Of a stretch of 64,000 nucleotides of DNA, positions 43,941 to 51,694 are shown in pieces. Source of the DNA: Deltaproteobacteria bacterium. Its GTDB lineage: Bacteria > Desulfobacterota > Desulfomonilia > UBA1062. The notes under the pieces were generated by a model. It did no database searches and was not told where the DNA came from. It saw only the letters and a program-made list of their open reading frames with translations. Location: contig DAOPXM010000009.1 in the NCBI GenBank assembly GCA_035352355.1, forward strand, positions 39,957 to 103,956, written 5' to 3'. Made by a program: the position numbers and the translations under genes. Every line of letters begins with the position of its first letter. Position 1 is the stretch's first letter.

Positions 43941-44488
43941 AGCTTTCCCTGCACATCCTCGACATTGCCGAAAACTCCACCAGGGCGAACGCCTCCCTCG
44001 TCGAGATCACCGTGACGGAGGATCTTGTCAACGACGTCTTCTCCTTCGAGATCAGGGACAACGGCGACGGCATGGACAGTCAGACCATCGAGAGGGCCAT
44101 GGACCCCTTCTACACCACGAAGAAGGTCCGCAGGGTGGGCCTCGGGCTCCCCATGCTGGCCCAGGCGTGCGAGCGGGCAGGCGGGCGCTTCGAGATCGAG
44201 TCGGTCGTGGGCGCTGGCACCCGGGTGTACGCGGGCTTCAGGCACTCCCACATCGACCGGCAGCCCCTGGGCGACATCGCAGGGGTGGTGAGCATGCTCA
44301 TCCTCGGCAACCCGGAAAAAGACTTCCTTTACACTCACGTCATCAACGGGAGCGTCTACTCCCTCGACACCCGGGAGATCCGCCGGGAGCTGGGCGACAT
44401 CCCGCTCAACCACATGGAGGTGATCAACATGATCAGGGACAACATCCAGGAAGGCATCCTCGAGCTCAGGGAGATGCATGCGGCCTAG
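43934..44488 (+). CDS. GHKL-type ATPase (HATPase_c-like), no H-box or receiver
   Basis: LHILDIAENSTRANA (N-box), IRDNGDGMD (G1) and VGLGLPMLAQ (G2); 184 aa. 7-nt overlap with the PHP gene. Confidence 0.7.
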   Translation: MLELSLHILDIAENSTRANASLVEITVTEDLVNDVFSFEIRDNGDGMDSQTIERAMDPFYTTKKVRRVGLGLPMLAQACERAGGRFEIESVVGAGTRVYAGFRHSHIDRQPLGDIAGVVSMLILGNPEKDFLYTHVINGSVYSLDTREIRRELGDIPLNHMEVINMIRDNIQEGILELREMHAA

Positions 44489-44605
44489 CCGGCAGGCTCC
44501 AACGCGTTCACTCATTGATTTTTCTCGCGTATTACTGTATGCCTAGTAATACATTATTATTTCATAATCATAGTTTTTGACAAAGTATCTGGAGGTTTTG
44601 AATAC

Positions 44606-47600
44606 ATGGCTAGGAAGCTGAAATCGCACGAACCCCTGAGATTCGTCACCGCCACTTCCCTGTTCGACGGTCACGACGCATCCATCAACATCATGCGGAG
44701 GATACTCCAGGACTCCGGCGCAGAGGTGATCCACCTGGGCCACAACAGGAGCGTTTCGGAGATCGTCAAGGCGGCCGTGGAAGAGGGCGCCCACGGGATC
44801 GCCGTGAGCTCCTACCAGGGCGGCCACATGGAGTTCTTCCGATACCTCGTCGACCTCCTGAAGGAGCGCGGATGCCCTTACGCGAAGGTCTTCGGGGGCG
44901 GGGGAGGCGTCATCGTGCCGGACGAGATCGCCGAACTCGAAGCCTACGGCGTGGCGAAGATCTACTCCCCCGAGGACGGCAAGGCCATGGGCCTGAAGGG
45001 CATGATCTCCCACATGATGGGCATTGCCGCGTCGGTGAGGATCCCCGGCGTGGAGATGTCCCGGTCCGCCATCACCAGGGACCCGGTGACGGTGGGCAGG
45101 CTCATCAGCCAGGCAGAGGGGGCGCGGTTTTCTGGCGACCGGTCCTTCGATCCCATGCGGGCCTTCCTGAAGGGCTTCGACAGCAAAACGCCCGTGGTGG
45201 GCATCACCGGCACGGGCGGCTCGGGCAAGAGCTCCATCATAGACGAGCTCCTGCGCAGGATCCTGCACCACTACCCGGACAGGCACGTGGCCGTGGTCTG
45301 CGTGGACCCCACCAGGTCCCGGAGCGGAGGCGCGCTCCTGGGAGACCGCATCAGGATGAACCAGATCGACGACGGGCGGGTGTTCATGCGCTCCATGGCG
45401 ACACGGGCCTCGAGCCACGAGCTGTCCGAGGCGGTGGAGGACGCGCTGGTCGTCCTCAAGGCCGCGGGGTACGACCTCGTCATAGTGGAGACGAGCGGCA
45501 TCGGCCAGGCGGACACCGCGATCACCGGCGTGAGCGACTTCTCCATCTACGTCATGACCTCGGAGTTCGGCGCGCCGACCCAGCTCGAAAAGATCGACAT
45601 GCTCGACTTCGCCCACATGGTGATCATCAACAAGTTCGAGCAGGAAAAGTCCCTCGACGCGCTCAAGCACGTCAGGAAGCAGTACATGCGCAACCACGAG
45701 CTCTTCGACAGCGCCCCCGAGGACCTGCCCGTCTTTGGCACCGTCGCCAGCAGGTACAACGATGCGGGCATGGACAGGGCGTTCGCCCACCTGGTGAAGG
45801 GTCTCCGGGAAAAGGGCGCCCTGGCCTGGAAGGTGCCCCCGGTCCGGGAGGCTGATGAGGAAAAGGTGCACGAGGGCATCGTGCCCACCGCCAGGCAGCA
45901 GTACCTGAGCAGGATCGCGTCCGCGGTCAGGGGCTACCACGCCCGCACGGCCGAGGTGAGCGCGCGGATCCGGAAGATCACCGCCATCGAGGAGCTCCTC
46001 AAGGACGAGCTTGACGAAGGGACGTCGGCAGGGCTCAGCAGGAGGCTCTCCACGCTGAAGAAGGGCGTGGCGAAGAAAGACCAGGAGCTCGTGTCCTCCT
46101 GGGACAAGGTCAGCGAGCGCTACCGCTCGAAATCGTACTCGTACTCGGTCCGGGACAAGAAGATCCAGGTGTCGCTGACCCGGGAATCCTTGTCCGGCCT
46201 GGACATCCCCAAGATCGCCCTGCCTAGGTTCACGGACCGGGGCGACCTCTACACCTGGCTCAGGAAGGAGAACCTGCCGGGCTCGTTCCCGTACACCGCG
46301 GGCGTGTTCCCCTTCAAGCGCGACTGGGAGGATCCCAAGCGCCAGTTCGCGGGCGAGGGCGGGCCAGAGAGGACCAACAGGCGGTTCCACTACCTGTGCC
46401 GCCACGACGACGCCAAGCGCCTGAGCACCGCCTTCGACTCGGTGACGCTCTACGGCGAGGACCCCCACGAGATGCCGGACATCTTCGGCAAGATCGGCGA
46501 GAGCGGGGTGAGCATCTGCACGCTCGATGACATGAAGAAGCTGTATACGGGCTTCGACCTCTGCTCCCCCACAACGAGCGTCTCCATGACCATCAACGGC
46601 CCTGCGCCCATCATGACCGCCATGTTCTTCAACACCGCCATCGACCAGCAGGTCGAGGCCTTCACGAAGGACACGGGCAGGAAGCCGAACACCGGCGAGC
46701 TCGCGGCCATCAGGGACAGGGTCCTCAGGACCGTGCGGGGCACGGTGCAGGCCGACATCCTCAAGGAGGACCAGGGCCAGAACACCTGCATCTTCTCCAC
46801 AGAGTTCGCTCTCAAGATGATGGGCGACATTCAGGAGTACTTCATCGAGCACGGGGTCGATAACTTCTATTCGGTGAGCATCAGCGGGTACCACATCGCC
46901 GAGGCGGGCGCCAACCCCATCTCCCAGCTCGCCTTCACCCTGGCGAACGGATTCACCTACGTGGAGTACTACCTGTCCCGGGGCATGAAGATCGACGACT
47001 TCGCCAAAAACTTCTCGTTCTTCTTCAGCAGCGGCATGGACCCCGAGTACAGCGTGCTGGGCAGGGTCGCCCGGAGGATCTGGGCCATCGCCATGCGAGA
47101 CCTCTACGGCGCGGACGAGTCGTCCCAGCGCCTGAAATACCACATCCAGACCTCGGGCAGGTCGCTCCATTCCATGGAGATCCAGTTCAACGACATCAGG
47201 ACCACGCTCCAGGCGCTTATCGCTCTGAACGACAACTGCAACTCGCTGCACACCAACGCCTACGACGAGGCCATCACCACGCCCACCGAGGAGTCGGTGC
47301 GCAGGGCCATGGCCATCCAGATGATCATCAACCGGGAGTTCGGGCTCTCCATGAACGAGAACCTGTCCCAGGGGTCGTTCTTCATGGAATGGCTCACGGA
47401 CGCGGTGGAGGAGGCGGTGCTCAAGGAGTTCGAGCGCATCAGCGACCGCAAGGGCGTGCTGGGCGCCATGGAGACCCAGTACCAGCGCTCCAGGATCCAG
47501 GACGAGTCCCTGCACTACGAGCACCTCAAGCACTCGGGCAAGCTCCCCATCATCGGCGTGAACACCTTCGAGAACCCGGAGGCCTCCGGCGAGGGGTACA

Positions 47601-47851
47601 CCCCTGCCGGGAGCTGCATCGCGCTCACCCGCTCGACCTATGAGGAAAAGCAGGCACAATTGGACAACTGCCTGAAGTTCCAGAAGAAGAACGAAAAGAA
47701 GGCGGAAGCCGCCCTGGCGAGGCTCAAGGAGACAGCCCTTGCCGGCGGGAACATCTTTGCCGAGCTCATGGAGACCGTGCGCGTGGCCAGCCTTGGCCAG
47801 ATCACCAAAGCCCTCTACGAGGTGGGGGGCAAGTACCGGAGGAACATGTAG
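44606..47851 (+). CDS. icmF: fused isobutyryl-CoA mutase-like protein (IcmF type: B12-binding domain, MeaB-like G-protein and acyl-CoA mutase catalytic domain)
   Basis: SLFDGHDASINIMRRIL (DxHxxG B12 motif), P-loop GITGTGGSGKSS and NKFE, then a mutase TIM-barrel region (FPYTAGVFPFKR, SISGYHIAEAGA); 1081 aa. Confidence 0.9.
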   Translation: MARKLKSHEPLRFVTATSLFDGHDASINIMRRILQDSGAEVIHLGHNRSVSEIVKAAVEEGAHGIAVSSYQGGHMEFFRYLVDLLKERGCPYAKVFGGGGGVIVPDEIAELEAYGVAKIYSPEDGKAMGLKGMISHMMGIAASVRIPGVEMSRSAITRDPVTVGRLISQAEGARFSGDRSFDPMRAFLKGFDSKTPVVGITGTGGSGKSSIIDELLRRILHHYPDRHVAVVCVDPTRSRSGGALLGDRIRMNQIDDGRVFMRSMATRASSHELSEAVEDALVVLKAAGYDLVIVETSGIGQADTAITGVSDFSIYVMTSEFGAPTQLEKIDMLDFAHMVIINKFEQEKSLDALKHVRKQYMRNHELFDSAPEDLPVFGTVASRYNDAGMDRAFAHLVKGLREKGALAWKVPPVREADEEKVHEGIVPTARQQYLSRIASAVRGYHARTAEVSARIRKITAIEELLKDELDEGTSAGLSRRLSTLKKGVAKKDQELVSSWDKVSERYRSKSYSYSVRDKKIQVSLTRESLSGLDIPKIALPRFTDRGDLYTWLRKENLPGSFPYTAGVFPFKRDWEDPKRQFAGEGGPERTNRRFHYLCRHDDAKRLSTAFDSVTLYGEDPHEMPDIFGKIGESGVSICTLDDMKKLYTGFDLCSPTTSVSMTINGPAPIMTAMFFNTAIDQQVEAFTKDTGRKPNTGELAAIRDRVLRTVRGTVQADILKEDQGQNTCIFSTEFALKMMGDIQEYFIEHGVDNFYSVSISGYHIAEAGANPISQLAFTLANGFTYVEYYLSRGMKIDDFAKNFSFFFSSGMDPEYSVLGRVARRIWAIAMRDLYGADESSQRLKYHIQTSGRSLHSMEIQFNDIRTTLQALIALNDNCNSLHTNAYDEAITTPTEESVRRAMAIQMIINREFGLSMNENLSQGSFFMEWLTDAVEEAVLKEFERISDRKGVLGAMETQYQRSRIQDESLHYEHLKHSGKLPIIGVNTFENPEASGEGYTPAGSCIALTRSTYEEKQAQLDNCLKFQKKNEKKAEAALARLKETALAGGNIFAELMETVRVASLGQITKALYEVGGKYRRNM

Positions 47852-48397
47852 GTGTCAAGCCGCACGGACAAGCTCGGCCCTGGCTACATCCACATCTATA
47901 CCGGCAACGGCAAGGGCAAGACCACCGCTGCCATGGGCCTCGCCCTCAGGGCTGCCGGGTGCGGCCTGAAGACCTGCATCGTCCAGTTCATGAAGGGCCA
48001 GCACTACTCGGAGCTCGAGAGCGTGAAGATGCTCCAGGGCCTCGTTCGCATCGAGCAGTACGGGCACCCCGCCTTCTGCCGCATCACCGACTCCCCGGAC
48101 CCAGAAGACGTGGCAAGGGCCCGCGCCGCGCTCGAACGCCTGCGCGCCCTTATGGGCACCCGCGAGTACGACATCGTCGTCGCGGACGAGGCGGTCACGG
48201 CCATGAAGTTCGGCTTCATCAGCGAAGAGGACCTGCTGGGCCTCATGGAGAAGAAGCCTGAAGCCATGGAGCTCGTCCTTACCGGACGGGGCGCAACGCC
48301 CCGCCTGATCGAGGCGGCTGACCTGGTCACCGAGATGGTGGAGGTCAGGCACTACTACCAGAAGGGGGTCGCCGCCCGCTGCGGGATCGAAAGCTGA
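47852..48397 (+). CDS. cobO: cob(I)yrinic acid a,c-diamide / cobalamin adenosyltransferase (CobO/BtuR type)
   Basis: YTGNGKGKTTAAMGLALRAAG P-loop; VQFMKG; LDE-like DEAVTAM. GTG start immediately after the icmF stop. Confidence 0.9.
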   Translation: MSSRTDKLGPGYIHIYTGNGKGKTTAAMGLALRAAGCGLKTCIVQFMKGQHYSELESVKMLQGLVRIEQYGHPAFCRITDSPDPEDVARARAALERLRALMGTREYDIVVADEAVTAMKFGFISEEDLLGLMEKKPEAMELVLTGRGATPRLIEAADLVTEMVEVRHYYQKGVAARCGIES

Positions 48398-48415
48398 CGG
48401 GTGTCGGTCTCTCCA

Positions 48416-48665
48416 TACACCTGACTGTCTTAAGGTACCCCCGCCTCCTCTTCATCGGCGTCGGGGTCGGTATCGGTATCGGGGTCGAACAGTCAAATCG
48501 TGGTCGACCCTGACTCCGAACGCACCAGGGCAGGGCTGCTTACATTCTCCCATACGCATGGTGATCATCGCCTTACACCTGGCTGGCTTAAGGCCCCCCT
48601 CTTCATCGGTATCGGAGTCGATCCCGATATGTTCCTTTCGACCCCGATACCGATACCGACCCCGA
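48416..48665. repeat. composite repeat: a direct repeat of about 60-75 nt plus a 29-bp perfect inverted repeat
   Basis: IR-L 48461-48489 TCGGGGTCGGTATCGGTATCGGGGTCGAA is the exact reverse complement of IR-R 48637-48665. The direct repeat TACACCTG.CTG.CTTAAGG..CCCC..CCTCTTCATCGG.. occurs at 48416 and 48574. Confidence 0.8.
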
Positions 48666-48780
48666 AAACATCAGGGTGCACAGAGCGATCCCCTGTCTCC
48701 CGGGCAGAGGGAGAACGCACGCGGCTCTGTCCTCTTCGGGATGGATGCCCGGTCCGGATGCCGGCGTACGGCCGGGGGCC

Positions 48781-49533
48781 TCAGAACCACACGTACACGA
48801 AGGCACCCACCGCCCAGTCAGGACTGTCATCATAGATGCCGAAGGAGACGTAGGGCGCCATGCGCGCGTTTTCCCCGAGCATCAGGTTCCCCCCCAGCAC
48901 GAGGTCGAGGGTGTTCGCCGTCCCTTTCTGGGCCTCTTCCCCCACGAGCTCAACGTTGAGCGACAGGGTGTCGTCTATTGGCAAGCCGTAGCCGACCCCG
49001 TAGTTGAAGTAGGTCGTATTGTCGAAATCCCCTCCCTGCACACGGTACCCGAACTGGCCGTAGAGCAGGCCGGGGGCGATCTTGCGCTGCATGGGGATGT
49101 TGATGAACAGGTCCAGGCCGTCGTTGGCATAGGGGGCGATGTCGTCATCTCCCAGGATGGTGATGCCGGCCTGGACCGCGAAGTTTTCGTTCACGGCCAG
49201 CTTGCCGAAGAGCGTCAGGCCTTCGAGCCCTGAATCGTCGGGCGCGCCGTTGTCATCGTCGGAATTGTCGCTGTAGGCGATGAACCCGCCCAGCTCCACC
49301 GAATCGTCGAGCCCGTAGCGCACCCCCAGGGGGGCAAGCCGGAGATTGTTGTACTCGAGCCCCAGGTATTCCCGGTCCTGCTCGAGGGCCAGCCCCGCGT
49401 TCAGCTCTGCCTGCCCGCGGGGCAGCACGCCGGCGCGCTCGATCTTTATCGGCCAGGGCTCTGCCCAAAGCGTGGACAGTCCAAGGAAGGCGAGCAGTGC
49501 TCCCACTGCTGCGCCGAAAAGCGGATGTCTCAT
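48781..49533 (-). CDS. outer-membrane beta-barrel protein (possibly MetA-pathway/transporter-like family)
   Basis: Signal peptide MRHPLFGAAVGALLAFLGLSTLWA, alternating beta-strand pattern, and a C-terminal ...AFVYVWF aromatic terminus. GGGGAGG RBS. Start trimmed to 49533. Confidence 0.65.
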   Translation of the reverse strand: MRHPLFGAAVGALLAFLGLSTLWAEPWPIKIERAGVLPRGQAELNAGLALEQDREYLGLEYNNLRLAPLGVRYGLDDSVELGGFIAYSDNSDDDNGAPDDSGLEGLTLFGKLAVNENFAVQAGITILGDDDIAPYANDGLDLFINIPMQRKIAPGLLYGQFGYRVQGGDFDNTTYFNYGVGYGLPIDDTLSLNVELVGEEAQKGTANTLDLVLGGNLMLGENARMAPYVSFGIYDDSPDWAVGAFVYVWF

Positions 49534-49965
49534 ATCAACCTCCCCAGTGTAAAAGAAATAATATATGAACAGGCTCATGAACCGGATAAACGCGAGTCAC
49601 GACCGCCTGCACACATCCTCACCGGCATAAGCATACAGTAGCAATTCAGGATAAAATCTCAAGGGATCGGACCCCATTTCACGTGAGCGCTTCCCCCGGC
49701 CCAGGCGTGCAAAGAGGGGCGCAGACACCGCCCGGAAGCGAGGCCCCTGTCCCCTTTACTTTCAGGCAGCCCGGCGTTATTTTTCGACACAGGCTGAATG
49801 ATCGTCATTCCGAGCGAGGGTGCCGCCGCACGATTTTTTCCGTCCCGTACCCGTCATCCTGAGCGTCATCCGATGTCATGACCGCTTCCCTGACGCAGCC
49901 ATGCCGCGGGAAGGCCCTGCTCGGAAGCGCATCTGTGCACATGAATCTGTTCGAAGGAGGATCGC

Positions 49966-51372
49966 ATGTCCGGAAACACTGAATGGAGACACGGTGCAGC
50001 CACGATCGGCTTGAGGGAAGAGGGGCGGAAGCCATCGCAGGAGGGGAGTCGGGCGGCATGGCCGAAGGCCGGAAGATGCCTCGCGGTGCTCGCGGCAGTT
50101 CTCGTTCTGTCGCCCCTGACCTTGTCTGCGCACGTGGCGACGTACAAAAAGTCTTTCATCGACGAGGCCGGCACCCCGGGGAAATACCTCATGCACCTCG
50201 AGGGCTCACCTTACGAGATCGGCTACGCCATGGGTTATTTACGGCCGAAAGAGGTGGTCGACTACGTGCACGGCGAATACATCATGAGCATGTTCAGCTT
50301 CATCCGGGGGGACGGCTACAGCGACGAGAGCGACCCGGCACAGGGGGAGCTGGTGGATGCGCTCCTGCGCATACCCGCGGTCAAGCTCCTGCTCGAGACC
50401 GTGGCAAGGGGCGTGCCCTACGAATACCGCCTCGAGATGAAGGGCATCATGGACGGGACGAACGATGCCCTGGGCTACAAGGCGGTCACCTACCACCAGG
50501 TGATGCTGGTGAACGTGTTCCCGGTCCTGCAGTCGCTCACGACCTCGAAACAGGTCATGGGTCTTCTCGAGCTCATGTTCTCGGACTGCAACGGCTATGT
50601 CGCGTTCGGGAAGGCCACCTGCGACGGGAGGGCGCTCATGGGCCGCCACCTGATGTGGGTGGGGGACCCCAGATACATCCACAACTATGTCATCGAGTAT
50701 GTACCGCTCCTCGGGAAGAGGTTCGTGTCCGTGGCTAGCCCGGGCATGGTGGGGATCAACACAGGCATGAACACCGCAGGCATCGGCTTCGGGTGCGACT
50801 ACCTGAACGTCGTGAACGCACCGAAATACCCGGGCGGCATGGGCATGTGGCTCCTGGGGAGGAAGATCGTGCAGTACGCGTCGAGCGTCTCGGAGGCCGA
50901 ATCCATCATCCGCAGGGCGAAGGAGATCGCCCCCAGCCTGCTCATCGTGGGCGACGCAGCCGGCGACGGCGCCGTGTTCGAGGTCTACAACCGCATCGTG
51001 GCGCCGAGGTACGCGGACTGGGTGTCGCGCGACAGGAACGCCCCGGACCCGATCGAGCGGGAGGACGACCTCGTGGTGGTGTCGAACCACGCGTTCACCC
51101 GGGAGCTCTACCCCCTTGACCCGGAGCGCTCGGAGAGCTCCCTGAGGCGCTACCAGGTGCTCACGAACCTTCTCCTGGAGAGCTACGGAAAGCTCGACCA
51201 GACCTCGGGCCGGGCCATCATCGATTTCATGCACCCGCCGAGCGAGTTCTACGGGGACGACCCCGGCCAGCCCGTGCGTCAGTGCGTGGCCTTCATGGAC
51301 CTGGACGCCCGGACCATCTGGGCGCTGTACGGCAACTATGACGACCCCTGGGTGGAGTTCACGCTGCGCTGA
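49966..51372 (+). CDS. secreted C45-family (acyl-CoA:6-APA acyltransferase-like, Ntn-hydrolase) protein, paralogue 1
   Basis: GAAGGAGGA RBS. N-terminal hydrophobic segment CLAVLAAVLVLSPLTLSA. Candidate nucleophile context SDCNGYVAFG; 468 aa. Confidence 0.7.
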   Translation: MSGNTEWRHGAATIGLREEGRKPSQEGSRAAWPKAGRCLAVLAAVLVLSPLTLSAHVATYKKSFIDEAGTPGKYLMHLEGSPYEIGYAMGYLRPKEVVDYVHGEYIMSMFSFIRGDGYSDESDPAQGELVDALLRIPAVKLLLETVARGVPYEYRLEMKGIMDGTNDALGYKAVTYHQVMLVNVFPVLQSLTTSKQVMGLLELMFSDCNGYVAFGKATCDGRALMGRHLMWVGDPRYIHNYVIEYVPLLGKRFVSVASPGMVGINTGMNTAGIGFGCDYLNVVNAPKYPGGMGMWLLGRKIVQYASSVSEAESIIRRAKEIAPSLLIVGDAAGDGAVFEVYNRIVAPRYADWVSRDRNAPDPIEREDDLVVVSNHAFTRELYPLDPERSESSLRRYQVLTNLLLESYGKLDQTSGRAIIDFMHPPSEFYGDDPGQPVRQCVAFMDLDARTIWALYGNYDDPWVEFTLR

Positions 51373-51694
51373 ACCGGACCAGCCGCGCCAGGCGCCTCTA
51401 CGGGGGCCCCGGGTCCTGCCCCGGGACCCCCTCCCTGTCTCCATGCCTCATCACTCCTTTTCCTCTTGGCCTTGCAGGGCGATTTCTGTATAACGAGCAC
51501 AAACGCATACAGCCGGCGGTTATGGGCCATCACCACGGACCGTGGGGCCGTATCATGGTAATTCCCGGGTAAACACAGAAAATCAAAAGAATACCAGAGA
51601 TTCATGTTCTTCGAAGATCAGGCGGCCTGCCGCATGGGGAGAAAGGGCTTCATGCAGGCGGCCAGGGAACGAGAGATAAGAAAGGGTTTGAGAG

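Noticed and set aside
44543-47659. 1038-aa minus-strand ORF antisense to icmF. Similar long antisense ORFs occur at 4278-5792, 10536-12167, 16445-17680, 19210-20946, 22122-24629, 35704-37338, 37375-39003, 42276-43919, 50239-51444, 51887-53134, 54650-56626, 57785-59839 and 61989-63275.
   Set aside because: Each overlaps an opposite-strand gene with clear family motifs. The translations are low-complexity and Arg/Gly/His/Asp-rich, with no domains or RBS. I treat them as artefacts of GC3-rich coding on the other strand.
48461-48489. GGTATCGGTATCGG short tandem and repeat pattern considered as a CRISPR or minisatellite.
   Set aside because: There are only two hexamer units and two or three larger repeat copies. 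There is no regular repeat-spacer periodicity and no cas genes. It is better described as an inverted/direct repeat element.
49803-49866. Two copies of CGTCATYCYGAGCG (CGTCATTCCGAGCG at 49803-49816 and CGTCATCCTGAGCG at 49849-49862) upstream of the first C45 gene; they resemble a short motif I vaguely recall from other genomes.
   Set aside because: There are only two short copies, and I cannot substantiate the recollection or assign a function. I record it only as a possible promoter-proximal direct repeat.
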